Under the pieces are notes generated by a model that searched no databases, was not told the origin of the DNA, and saw nothing but the letters and a program-made list of their open reading frames with translations. DNA of 64,000 bases, taken from the NCBI GenBank assembly GCA_053919585.1, contig CM132809.1, one strand, 5' to 3'. Numbering within the stretch: the stretch's first letter is position 1; each line of letters opens with the position of its first letter. Source of the stretch: Euprymna scolopes (taxonomy: Eukaryota). Positions 39,327 to 53,281 of this stretch are shown one piece after another. Made by a program: the position numbers and the translations under genes.

Positions 39327-39598
39327 TTTTTTTTTATTTTTTACAAGCTGGTCCCCACTTATCCAGGCCCGGAAGCAACTCGAGGATACGGAATGTTGCG
39401 TACAGGACGTTAGTGCTGACATTCGATAAAGTTTCTTACTTAAGGGGGCGGTTCATCAGGAATTTGTCTATATTGGACTTGAAGACATCGGGTTAAGCTT
39501 CCGGCCGACTTTTAGTAGGATTGAAACCGCTATCTTCAGATTATTCTCACCTAGAACCGTAGAGAGTCAACATCTCTATGAACTGAACCACGGGACCC
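39327..39598 (-). mobile_element. tRNA-derived SINE with a CR1-Zenon-derived 3' tail
   Basis: Head GGGTCCCGTGGTTCAGTT (A box) ... GGTTTCAATCC (B box). 39345-39489 is homologous to the LINE 3' end at 30318-30482. Ends in an A-tail. Confidence 0.85.
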
Positions 39599-39775
39599 AG
39601 AAATTAACTGAACAATGACCATTGATAGAAGCCATTATTGTATTTTTAGATAGCATTACCCATGAACCATAATATAAATGAAATGAAATGCTATTTCATA
39701 TTAAGTGTAAATCAATCTATCCAATTTCGGTAAAGATGGCTGTTGTTATTGTAACGAACATATTTATAATAGCAA

Positions 39776-39841
<66 letters not shown>

Positions 39842-40701
39842 AAAGTGAAAGTGTATGTCTGTGTGTTTGTCTGTGTGTCTGTATGTGTACATTTCCCGAC
39901 ACAATAACTCCGTCAATTTCCAGTCTACCAACTCGAAATTCGATATACAAGGTACTGAGATTTAGGAAAACCATTTTAATCCGTTTTCGGTCAGAAATTT
40001 GGCTGTTAAACGGTTAAAGTTCACTGATTTGACTTTTGAGAACTCTACCAAACTCATCCGCCAATGTTGATTCTAAACACTTGGAAATTTGGACATGGAT
40101 CTAACTTAATCACTTGATGTGAGCCTATAACAATAAATGTTAAGTGGGCAAACGTTAAAAAAATTGACCTCTGCGGTCTCTACCAAATTACTCAGACAAT
40201 TTCTGGTCTAAACATTGGAATTTTTTTTATAAAGGGGATTCTGTGGTAGGGCAAGCTTCGGTTTGTGTCGAAAATTTTCGCTACCAATATATAAATCTAT
40301 GTATGTGTGTTTGCATGTCTGCCTAAAACTTTTGGCAGAGAGGGGCAGATTTTCAGAAGATCAGTATCGTCGTGAAGCTCGACCCTTCAGACTACAAATA
40401 CCGAAACTTGGCAAAAAACACAAAATGAATTGTTTCACCCTCAACTGGGCACTTTTCTATAGGAAGAGGTTGCTGTTTTCATCGATATTTTCGAAAGCCA
40501 TCCCCTGTTTTCGATTGTCTAGCTTAGATTTAAAGCTAAGCCACTTCTGTGTTGACGGTGTTCGTAATAGCAAAGACGTCATGTTTTTCCCGTTCTTTTC
40601 CTCCTTTATAGTACGGGTTCGAGGATGAGCTCCAACTACAATTTTTTTTTAGCTCAACACACGCCTCCAAACACCGGGGACACGCCGGACACCCATGCTG
40701 G
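39776..40701 (+). mobile_element. Non-autonomous Helitron
   Basis: A|TC start with TC(TA)n..AAAAGTGAAAGTGTATGTCTGTGTG and a (GTCT/GTGT) tract. 3' hairpin CCGG.GGACACG.CCGG (40674-88), then CTGG|T (CTRR end, AT target). Confidence 0.75.
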
Positions 40702-40709
40702 TAGACTAA

Positions 40710-41160
40710 TAATGCATTGACTACATCAGGATATCAATTCATATTAAAACTAAATATAATATATTATGCACAATTAAATCTGTTTTTTTTACCTGGCTAA
40801 AATCATCCCTAAAAATTACCTGAGTAAAGAATAAATTTACATTGGAATGACTCAAGATACCTTCAAGTAGAGACTATATGCACACAACTCTACATAAAAA
40901 ATACACTGGAAAGAAATATGATGCATCTCTAGCCGCACGATTTTGTCGCTTAAAAATTCTAACACTACATATGAAATAGAATGGGCGTTCGTTGATGTTA
41001 ACAAATTTTTATGGCCCACCTCCAAAACCTGCACCAATGCGCCACAAAAATATAGGATTCTTCAGGATATCAATAACACATCTGTAGCTTGTATGAACAT
41101 TAAAATTAGATTTTCAGAAGATCTCGCCACAAAACGGAAGTCCTCCTTGCAAAATGGTCT
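40710..41160 (+). mobile_element. Penelope-like element C-terminal GIY-YIG endonuclease, pseudogenised
   Basis: NIIYYAQL; IYIGMTQDTFK*RLYAHNS; LSLKNSNTTYEIEWAF; PTSKTC..KYRIL; MN..RKSSLQN. This matches YIGxTxxxFKxRxxxH...LKxxxxxYxIxW...CxLCxxEK...LNxRxE..KxxL. Confidence 0.8.
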
Positions 41161-44087
41161 TTCAACCAATACACACCCTAATTAAAACACCTTTATTCCA
41201 TATTCACCTCTTGAACAGGACCTCCCTACCACTAATCCTTTTCGAAAAGTTCCAAAGCAAAAAATATGCGACGTTATAGCAATAAGTAGCAGTAGTTATA
41301 TGAAGTATGAAATACTATTTCAACAGTTATTATAATAAAAAAAACAATATAAGAATTCCACAAAATAATATCAGAAATTAGAATAAATAGAAACAAAATA
41401 CGTTATAATTGCGTATGGTTTAATCCGCGCGTTAGCGGACACATACAATTAATTTACTGAATAATTGTCCTAAATTATTCAAAACACATATACACAGGCC
41501 CCAACTTAGGAAAACTATGAACTAAAGTACTGTAAAGTAATGATTCTCTACAACCACTGCACAAGAGAAAAATATAATAAATATTATGAATGCTAAAATA
41601 TAGAAGAAATTAAGGAGTATGGTAATTTAATATATCTTAATGCTAAAGAGGAATCTCTTTGGAACTGTAAAGGTTCATTTTGGAAGCTAAATATCTTATC
41701 TCTTATACGGTATGCAAAATTTGTCATTAATATTAATAGAAAAATAAATTATCTAGGGTTCACAAGAAATGATCTAATTTACATATAATGTTATTGAAAG
41801 ATCTTCTCGTAAGTAATTAGAAGCAAACATCGCTATTAGCAACATGGATAAAAGAAGCAAGAAAAGTGAAGTTGAATATAAATCGAAAATTGTATAGTAA
41901 GAAGTGGCAGTGAATATGCACAAAATAAGTCTGGTCGTTGCAACCGTTACATTCTACAATCATATCCTATAATAATATCAATTTAATTTCTACTAAACAG
42001 ACGACAAGAAGTAGTTTAAAAATGTTTGCATAGATCTACGTATATCCTGGCATCGTTAAAATGTGATTAGGTTAAAATTATAAGGTAATTACTTTAATTT
42101 AATAGAAAGACGATGGAGGGAGTTTAGAATAATCCAATTTACTAACGTAAATGTAATAACACGAGTGGCATCAAATCATTACTTGTAACGGCATATGTCT
42201 ATTACATAATTTTGGATATGTAATGTATAGGCAATAGTAGTGTATTTAACAATAAATATAGGAAGAAATTTGATATATTGACATAAAGTGAAATAGGTTA
42301 GACAGTATATAATAATTTTACGCGAATTTTTATTTTTATTAAATTATTTATACCTGATAATTATGAGTTTGTAAACAATTATATTCGCCTAATATATAAG
42401 AAACAAAATAATAACCAAGGGTAAATATCAAGTAAATTGGGTCAAAATATGACGTAAATATAACAATAACATAAATACTATCTTAATATGAACATTTATT
42501 AGTACAATAACTAATACGTTAGAATAAGTAATATGCTGTGAATGATGTTCTAATTTAACTATAAATGCACACATCAATATGGTTTTCACAATTGAAGTAA
42601 ATTGTACTCGACAATATAGACAAGTTCTGAACTAAATTTTAACGTGGATGGACGTATTTTCCCCGGATAATCTAAGGTATACATAAAACATTTAATCTTT
42701 ATTTATAGAGGCATATAATCATAAATATATTTTTACTGGACATAAGCGGCATATTTGAAGAATTATAAAGGTGTATTCCGATACATTCCAGTCCAACTAC
42801 TTTTTTGAGGAAAAATCATTGATTGATTAAAGCTTGTTGTAATTGAGGCAAACTCATTGATTGATTAAAGATTTTTGTAATTTTTAAATAAAGTACATAT
42901 ACCAGGTTAAAATTGAGTTACATATAATAACTATTTAAGATTAAAGTTGTAATAAATAAACACACCTATATGATAGTATAGGTGTGCATATAATAGGTTA
43001 CATTATAATTCGTTTACACATACAAGTGTTATTATATAATTGAATACATATATTTATGAAATCAAATATATACATATGAGGATTAAAATAAAAAAAAATA
43101 TTTAGTGAAATATAACCATTGATTTGTACAGTAAAATAATGAAATATAATCTATATAAATAAGAGAACACATGGATGCTTGTAAAAATCATACAGGTAAA
43201 CTCTAAAATTACTGGTCATATAACACATAAATTCTATGGCAAAATATTCATACACCAACGATGATTTATAGCGTATAATATAGTTGTTTATATGCATGGG
43301 TATCGCGTACGTACATCAGCAAATTTAGATGCAAAATGGATTTTTTTTTTTGCTTTTAATGTACATGCGCATATTCGTTTCATTCCTTCATGTTGTTTAG
43401 AAAACAACACCAGGCTAGAACGCTACATTGTTTTCAATTCTAGTTGATGACGCTAACTCATTTTTACATGTCTTTTTGAAACTAAATAAAATACTGAAAT
43501 ACTACGTGAAGTTTACTCACGGTTTTGAATTTGTGAATACGAGGCAACGCCTATATATTTTATTCATTTTGTATTTGTCGTTTGTACACACAAAAATTAC
43601 TTTAAGAAATTACTTTAAATACATTACTTTAACAAAAGTTCTATCGCTTACGAATGCAAATGATTTTAATATATTGTTTATAATACAAAAAAAACACCTG
43701 AATTTGGAAGCGATAGAATTTTCCAGATATTAATACAAATATACGACGGCATAGCTATATCTCTTTTTTATATTATTCTTTGACCGAGGAGATTACCAAT
43801 TATTATTTTCAAATAAATATTCGGTGTTTTTGCAGTGTACGCACCGTGTAACATTTCAGATAAAATTTCCAAAAAGAGTTAAATTTATGTTGCATTTTGC
43901 ATGTTATTTATTAAATTGCGAGGTGAAATTAGAGAACAGTTGAGAATCCTCCCTACACCATGTTATTTCTTTCTGAATTACGAGGTTATTGTTTCATCAT
44001 AATTCGTAAACTGCACAAATATAAATAGTCTAACGTTCCAAACGTGTGCATGTTTGCAGACTTTATATTCATTTTCGAAAACATACA

Positions 44088-44140
<53 letters not shown>

Positions 44141-44168
44141 GTCTATATATATATATATATATATATAT
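44088..44168. repeat. (TATC)n followed by (TA)n compound microsatellite
   Basis: Direct reading. Confidence 0.95.
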
Positions 44169-47100
44169 TTCTTATATTCATTTCTTTATGAGATAAACAA
44201 ATATGTATATCAAACTAAAACTGCAACCTTCTCTGAATGCAAGTGTTGATATTACTATTAATATTTGATAAACCTTTCTTACACAAGACATTATTACAAC
44301 ACCAAATACAAGTTTATCTCCAAACAAGATTATAGCTAATCAGATAAAATGCATCATGTACTTTACATTTACAATTATGAGAAGGCTTAATTACTTTCGA
44401 CAGCTCGCTTACAGTAGATTAATTAATTTCGTAATGTGATTTTCATAAGGACACAAACAAAACTAAAAAAAAAGAACATGCGTTCTCCTTTGATTCCTCG
44501 AACCCACTAGAATCTTATATTGTCGTATGTCACGTTAAACAACCTAAATTAAGTCACAAGCCTAGTTCAACACACGAGAGTTTCGCACGACATCAATCCT
44601 TCGGACATAAACAGAGATCCTCTTGCCCATTAAAACGAAATAATATAAAAATGTAATTTTGATCAAATATCAAAAAATACTTTTTAAGTGTCTACACCCA
44701 CATCGATACAGGTGTAGATCGACATTATAACATTGTAAGTTTATTCAATTATTTTCCATTTTTTTCTATAGCCTTTTCTTTCTTATATTAATATTTCATT
44801 CTCTATTTTTAAAGATGACAATACAAGACGTTGAATTTTATATGTTATGGCATACCTATGTATCTTTATCCAGGTATTAAATGAACAGATATTTATTTCC
44901 TACAAACATTCGAACGTGTTTGAATGTCTTTTTTATTTAAAAAAATAAACTTTACGAAATGAATTCAAATATACGCATACATATTTAAGTTTTATTATTA
45001 TTCTTAAACCGATATGATAAAGAAATATTAATTTTTGAAGAATCGGTGTTTTTGCAGTTACATTTAAGATAGGCTTTTAAAGTAAACTTACCATTTTATG
45101 GAGATTTTTCATTAAATTGTTAGGTAAAAGTAGGGGGTTAGTTAACGACCGAACTCCACATATTAAATATGTTTTTTTTCTAAATAATTACCTTATTATT
45201 TAAGCATGCTTCGCACAAGGCACCTACCAAAAAAGTCTTAACTTTTTGTGAACGTGCGTTTTCTTGTATATATAAAGTACTACGCATTCCAGACGTTGAT
45301 TTTTCTTTATTTATAAAAAACATAAGCATTTCAGACATTAACATGAATATACCAAATGCATATCTAAAGATTTTCTTTATCATTTAACCGATTAGATAAA
45401 CAGCTACTAAATATGTGCGCTATTTTTTGCACAAATAGAAAATTAGGATGTAAGATTANNNNNNNNNNNNNNNNNNNNNNNNNNNNNNNNNNNNNNNNNN
45501 NNNNNNNNNNNNNNNNNNNNNNNNNNNNNNNNNNNNNNNNNNNNNNNNNNNNNNNNNNNNNNNNNNNNNNNNNNNNNNNNNNNNNNNNNNNNNNNNNNNN
45601 NNNNNNNNNNNNNNNNNNNNNNNNNNNNNNNNNNNNNNNNNNNNNNNNTAGATAAACTAATATTAATGCCAAACAAAAATATAATTTCCCCGCATGCTTG
45701 TGTTTTTATTTTTTAGTATTTTGTTCTGATGAAAGATTTTCTTACAAAATGTAACATGTGTGGTCGTGGTTCTGTTTTTCTGTATTAAGGAAAATTTTCA
45801 TGAGCCATTTACTGCATTCAAATAAGTTTAAGACAATTATAACCAAACGTAGATGGTTATTTCCATACACATTTTTTTTGGAAACTAGGAAATTATACAT
45901 AAACTATATTTTCAGTAAAACTCGTTTTTTCAGATTTTGCAGTTTTCGTTACAAAGTTTATAATTCATTGTAATAAATAGATGACGACGAATGTAATTAA
46001 TACCTTAAAATGTCTTGAAGGTCAGATGGGCAATTCTCAGTTCTATTACCAATTATTTTTAAAACGAAACTTCGCCTACAACATTATATTTAATCTGTGA
46101 ATATAGTTTTCATAAGCACAACAAAATGTTTTCACAATGATGAATTTAGGATTTTTTATCTATTTAATTATAATGCACGAGCAAAATATTCAAATATATA
46201 AAAAACACCCTTATAAAGCCGGGTGTTTCAGCTAATTAGTCAATAAATTGATTATAAGAGGTAATAGAGATATAAGACCCTACAGAAAAAGAAATGGCGA
46301 CCCTTTAAACATAATGCAAAAATTAATGCAGAAATTTTTAAGCCATAATAACATGTTACGGACATTCAACAATAGAGGAATTCTAACACGCAAATAATGT
46401 TTAATAAAATATTTATTTAGTGTAATAATAAAATTAGTGTAAACAATATATTAATATTATGTATAAACATGTAAATTATAATATAAATTAAAAATAGATT
46501 TACTATAAAACTAAATACATATATTATACATTTATGCAATGTTTACATTATCTATTGCAATAAACCATTATAATTAATGACTAATGAATGAGATCGATCA
46601 CATAAAATATTGTAGTAAAAGTAATAACAAAAAGATAACATTATATTGATGCATAAGAAAGCGTAGAAAACGCTGCTTTTAGAAAAGGGTGATATGATAA
46701 AACATAATAACAACTATATTGTTTTAATGTTAAATTCATGTAATGCCTAAACATCTTTATTTTATTTAAGATCAATATACTCTCATTCTTCTGCTAGGTA
46801 AAGGTTTAAAATATCCCAAACCTGTCAAATTAATCATCTGCTTTTTTTCTGTTCTACCAAACTGGGGCTCTCAAACATGAAACATTTTTAACTGCTGAAA
46901 AAACTCATAAGGTTATATGAATAATATCTGAGAATGTTTTATGACATTTTGTCTTTTATGCANNNNNNNNNNNNNNNNNNNNNNNNNNNNNNNNNNNNNN
47001 NNNNNNNNNNNNNNNNNNNNNNNNNNNNNNNNNNNNNNNNNNNNNNNNNNNNNNNNNNNNNNNNNNNNNNNNNNNNNNNNNNNNNNNNNNNNNNNNNNNN

Positions 47101-47199
47101 NNNNNNCATTTAAATCTGTATAATTAAATTATACATATATATGTTTGTGTACATTTGACCATATATGCACATGTTTACAAACTAACCCTGTAACATTAA

Positions 47200-50100
47200 C
47201 TAACCACACGGCGTCGCAGAAAGACCTGTATTAGGACCCAGGCGTGGACCAAACCCTCTCAGGGCTGATGGACACATCAGATCTTCCTAGATTACCAATC
47301 TAGGGGAAGGAAAACTCTGAAACTAAACCAAAGCGGACGGAGCCCTCTCCAGTCTTGGACGACAACCTTCCGAGAGCTGGTGACTTAAACAAATTACCGG
47401 TCATCCAACCTAAATTGCTTAAGGAGTATATAGGATCTGTCTATCGCCGGCTTCCATAGTCCTTCTTTGCCTATTAGTCAGGCGCAGAGACACTATCACA
47501 AGTGAATCGACAAAACACTTAGTGGTTGATCTTGTTTCTTGATTAGGGAATTGAATGCCGTTCCCGCACTCTCGACACATCCCACCCCTCAAAACTAGGA
47601 ACATGGAGTGCTTGAGTCCCACACATGCCTGTGCAATTAGAGTTGGTTATCTTCTTCCGATAGGCTGAGGGTAGGGGATTGACAGATCCTGGCTGCCGTT
47701 TCCGACTGGTAGTACAGGTGCCCTAACTCTTTGGTAGCGCTTAGAAGGCGTCTACATCAACAGTTGTATAATATCGGGATATTTGTAGTGCTATGTCGCG
47801 CATGGAAAGGGACACTACACTCATCCCCGATGGGTTTTCCTGAGTCCACAGTCCTAGTTGAAGAAAGGTCAGCTAATTTTCTACTTGTGTTGCATGTCTG
47901 ATACCCTGCATAACCTCTTGTTCAGCTCCCCCTCACCTAACTGAAACTTATTAAACACATGACAGTACAATAAAAAATAAGCTTAAACCAGGCCTAGGGA
48001 CAAACAAATCCAACTTGCCTCCTCCCTTGAGGCTTTCATTCACTAACATCCGTGCGCTTAGAACTAATTTAGCTGATGTTGAAGCATTTCTCCTTACAAA
48101 CACCCCGGATACTTTAGCACTAAGCGAGACAAACCTACACTCCTCCATCCTCTCTAACGACTTTAACATGCCTGGCTATCTCCCAATGTGGCGTAAGGAC
48201 TCTGACCGATATATGCACGGACTCGGAGTCTACATTCGTAACACCCTTCCCCTGACAAGAGAAACAAGCCTATAAACGGATGATCAAGTCTTTATGTGCT
48301 TTAGACTAAACATACAACACTACGTTAGTTACTTTAATTATCTCTACAGCTCTCTCTCGATCCATGACTGCACCATAATAAACAAAGTCTCTGACAGCAT
48401 AGATACAACACTCTCTTTCGACACTAGCGCACAAGTACATGTATTTGGTGACCAAAAAAACTGGGTTGGATCCTCTACTCACACAGATGCAGCGGGCAGC
48501 ACAACACATAGTTTTGCTATACCTCACTCCCTATCACAAATGGTTACGTTTCCAACCCGTTTCCCTGACAAGCAAGAACAACATGCATCACTGCTAGATC
48601 TTTTTCTGACTACAGTTCCCGAGGATTGAACAACAAATGCTAACAACCCACTCGGGAACGCTAACCATGCAGTGATAATGGTAAAAATCGCCCTAAATTC
48701 TAAACACAAAACGGAAGAGCACTGACGCCATCAGAGATCTTATCAGAGATTGGGAAATATGTTTTCCTCTCCCTGATGAACAGTGCGCAAATGAGACCAC
48801 TGAATGCTGCAAAACATCAATGGAAGCTCATGTCCCCATGCGGAAATTTTATAGCAAGGCCCACTCTCCCCAAATGGTTTATTTCGACTTGCGCAACTGA
48901 CATTGCTCAAATGCAGCATGCATACCGCAGATTTAACCAACATAAGTCCAGTTCAAACAAACAGAAGTATATAGAAGCTAGAAATAACGTTAAGAAAAAA
49001 ATACCGACAGCTAAGAGAGAATTTACAGAAACCACTAAAACGCATCGAAGCACAAAAATTAGGACATCGTGACTTCTAAAAAATCTACAGCAGTGTAGTA
49101 AATACTGGGCAATCAATAATTCCGCCGCTAACCAACAATAACGAGGTTGTTTGCTCAGCAACCGGCAAGGCTAATATGCTTTCAAGCTGGTTTGCCTCGA
49201 ACTCCACACTGGACCCTTCCAACCCCCCCCCCCCGGCCTGACTTTCCTTTGCGGACGGACGCCACGCAAGACGATCTAAAAATCACTCCTGCTCAGGTAC
49301 ACGCTATCATAAAAAAAACGTTTTAACTTCAAAAGCATGTGAACGTGATGTCATCCCAGCTGTGCTATAAAAAAATGTGATCAGCCGAAGTAGCTTCAGT
49401 TCTCTCCAAACTCTACAGCAAATGCCTTAATGAATCTTGCTTTCCGGGCTGTTGGAAAACTGCTCCTCTGGTACCAGTATTCAAGAATTCTGGCGAAAGA
49501 ACTGGCCCAGTAAATTATCGCCCCATTATCCTCCTCCCACTTTTTGCCAAAATATTTGAGACCGTAATTAACCATGCTCTACTCCATCACCTTACAGAGG
49601 CTAAACTTCTGACTGACAAACAATATGGATTTAGACTAGCCCGATTCACAGCTGACATCCTCACTGTAATCTCTGAACGTATATAGCATTCACTGGACAA
49701 AGCGGGGGAGGGCAGAGCGGTAGCTCTAGATGTATCTAAGGCTTTTGACAGGGTATAACACAAGGTTCTCCCCAGGAAAATTAAAGCATACGGTATAACT
49801 GGTAGAATACTTAACATAATTAAATCCTTCTTAGATAAGAGAAAAATGCAGATTGTCCTCGACGGTCGTACATCTAAACAGTGTGATATAAATGTGGGAG
49901 TGAGTCAGGGGTCTATCTTGGACCTCGAATGTTCCTAATATTTATTACTGACCTCCCCGACAAAACTGCCTCTGAGATGGGTATGCTGATGACACTACAC
50001 TCTATAACAGGCATGACAGGAAAACAAATGAACACATATCTAAAGAAATGGCAAAACCACTAGAGGATGGCCTCCAATCTGTAGTTGAATGGGGACAAAA

Positions 50101-50860
50101 ATGGATGGTCACATTCAATGCTGCCAAGACTAAACTGGTTTCCTTCAATAATTACAAGAACCCTTCTCTGGCACCAATAGCAATGCCCAGTGACTCCGTG
50201 TCTGAGAGTACATCGTTCAAACAGCTTGGCCTAACGTTCACAGGAAATATGAGTTGGAACAATTACATTGAAAAAATTGCCAGGGCTGCTGCGAGAAAGG
50301 TAGGCTCACTCTACCGTGCTAGAAAACTACTGACACCTGAAAGTATCCTGTACCTCTATAAGGCCACCATTCGCCTATGTATGGAGTATTGTTGTCACAT
50401 TTGGGCTGGTATACCTGCTACTAATCTCCCGCTCCTAGATAAGGTTCAAGTGTCGCAAATCTTATAACCCCTGAACTGGCATCTAAGCTTCAGCTTGTCC
50501 CCTCGACGAAACGTTGCATCCCTCTGCCTGTTCTACAAGTATTATAACGGTGAATGCTCTGACGAACTGCAGACACTTGTGCCCCCACGACGTAGACACC
50601 ATCGACAAACCCGACAGGCAGATAAATCCCACACCCACACAATAGAGATCCCTAGATGTAAAAGATCTTTCTACTCCAGTAGTCTCTCCCCCAGAAACGC
50701 TAGACTCTGGAATTTCATTCCGGGTTCCTGTTCCCATAACTGTACTACATGCAGAAGATCAAGTGTAACGTGAACCGACATCTTGCTGCCCAAATTCCAA
50801 CATAGTGTCCCCCTTAGTTGCTTCTCCTGATAATAGCCCCCTACATTAATATGGCAATAT
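47200..50860 (+). mobile_element. Near full-length single-ORF CR1-Zenon-like LINE (5' leader + APE + RT), pseudogenised
   Basis: LSFTNIRALRTNLADVEAFLLTNTPDTLALSETNL (APE); HGLGVYIR; PTRFPD..SLLDLFLT; NYRPIILLP; QYGFR; LDVSKAFDRV; YADD at 49982; LYKATIRLCMEYCCHIWAG; RRNVASLCLFYKYYNGECSDEL. Several stops and frameshifts. Confidence 0.93.
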
Positions 50861-53196
50861 GAGATGAGAGAAATTTATACTTAAAAACATTAAAATTAAA
50901 ATTGAAAAAGAGAGAAGAAAAGAAAGCAGGTTTAGGATTTCAAGAAGTTGTTTGTAAACGATAAAAAAGGAAAACTTTGATAAAATATAAAGAGAAGATA
51001 GTATAGATAAAATAATAGCAGAGTATAATTTCTGCGTGTCATAACAAAGCGCTGAAAATGAATAAAAGTGACGGATTGCGTACGGCACCAAATTCTTTTT
51101 GGGTAAAAATGTCTACAAAAATCGGCGGCAGTGATGACAGGAGGCAGATATAGTCAACATGCGTCGCATTTTTGATACGCCACAAAATTAATATAAAATC
51201 AATTAATATAAAGTAAACATGGGAAAGTATTATCATAGATTTATAAATGTAAAATGATATTTAGTATTATCCAGAGTAATAAAGTGAAAAAGAAACTGTT
51301 ATAAATTTTATGAGTTGTAATAAAATAAACAACTAAGTAAAAACGCCATGTTTTAATTAATATAGGTTGGATGATTTTATTTAACAAAACCAGACTTAGA
51401 TGAATATATTATTACAATTATGCATGAAAGTTTAGGGTAAAGATAAGCTGCTTGAGATAAATAAGTTTAAGGTTAGGGTTAGGGTTGGTGTGAAACAGCT
51501 GAAAAGCTGGAATTCATAATGCTTGCAAACAATCAAAGATTCATTTCTAATATTTAATAATGTGTCTATATCTCTGGTTCCAAATACCCTCACTCCACCC
51601 ACAAAATGATACATTTTAAAAGAACCAATACTTGGGCATATCAATATTACCCTAACTTTCGTTAGCTGCATGATTTTTTTTTTCATTACTAATTTTGAGA
51701 TTTGGAGGCTAGTGTAGAACAGGAATCGAGTAGCGGTGAGAGGTTCTAAGAAAAACATGTGTACTACGAGCCTATGGTCAAGTCGTTTCAGCGAGAAGGT
51801 ATTGGTATTATTTTAAATGTGCTGTTGTTTATTGACCTTAATTTTCTCTTTGATCTGGACTAATATTTTATCCTCATCACCGTTACATCCTCATCTAATT
51901 TTTTTTTTTAGTGGCGACTTCATTATTTGTCCATTTTTTTATTACCTTAATTTATTTTTAGCTTTGCCATTTTATGTTTATGTGCTTCGCGTTTTCTAAA
52001 CTATTTATTTATTTATAGGATGTATGGTCATTGTAAGTACCTGTGGACAGATATTAAAGCTTATTTATATGAGTTAAATTAAAGCTGTATACAAAGAGAT
52101 GTATTTTTTATATCTGCCGTTGTGTCTGAAGTAATTACAGCTGCAAAGGTTTCATTTTCTATATGTAATTTTATTTCGACGGTTGCCATGCTTCTCTTTG
52201 AGTTTGTTATCTTTTTACTCAATACGAGAACGTAAATATATTTTATAGACTGATATTCGTCGTTACAGACATGGATATCCAGATCATATGCATGCAAAAA
52301 GGTACAAATAAGCAAAATTGTTATATATGAGCGAAGTATAGCGTTCCAAACTCATCAGCTCGAGTACTTATTTAACATTTGGGATCAATTGTGTGGTTTG
52401 TTTCCGTCATGCTGGCTTATTATAGTGCCTCTTTAAGCTATAGATCCATATTCTATTTACAAACGTACTAAACCAATTCCTTATTTTAGTTAATGGTTGT
52501 CGGTATTTACTTATCAAGTATCACTTTTATTTAGTTCGAGGCATATTGTGTTTTCGTATATTAGTTAACGATAGAGCTGGGCATAGTGCTGAGTGCCACA
52601 AGAAGCTGGTTCATTCCTGCATTTAGTCTAGTTATTTATGCATACCAATTCTTTCGACGCTTTCAGGCTTTTAGTAGATATAGATTAATTTGTGGGGTGG
52701 CACGACTACGTTGTATCGTTTCATCTCTTTCCTTGGTTCATGTATAGATCGCTTTAGATATTGGGAGTGAGGGGGTATGAATTGTAGTATTCCTTCAACG
52801 AGGAGAGCTCTATTTACTTTTACAACTTTTGAGCGGAGACTCAACAGTGTTTTCAAGTTATAGCTGATACTACTTATTTCATTAGTAATATTTTACATTC
52901 CTTTAAACTTATAATATCATGGCGTTCGGTTAAATATTACTGAAATCGGTTATAATTTGCAAACACTTCTGAAGCTTAGCTTAGAATAAGAAGTAAAAGA
53001 ACATACGAATGACGATCTCCTTAAAGAAATAACACTACAATGCATTACCCCTATCCTTCGAATATCTTAATTTATATTTGAACCAATAATTGAAAAAATA
53101 CAAATTAGTCCATAATAACCTACAAAAATATAATAAATAATTGTACTCACCGAAAAACATCAAAGAGTAGGGTAGCATAATTAACTTAACCAAATA

Positions 53197-53199
<3 letters not shown>

Positions 53200-53277
<78 letters not shown>
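53200..53277. repeat. (TA)n microsatellite
   Basis: Direct reading. Confidence 0.97.

Positions 53278-53281
<4 letters not shown>

Noticed and set aside
44490-44560. tRNA/SINE fragment (CTCGAACCC)
   Set aside because: Only a B-box-like 9-mer, with no A box or cloverleaf.
51467-51488. TTAGGG telomeric repeat
   Set aside because: Only about 2-3 units, internal; too short to call interstitial telomere.
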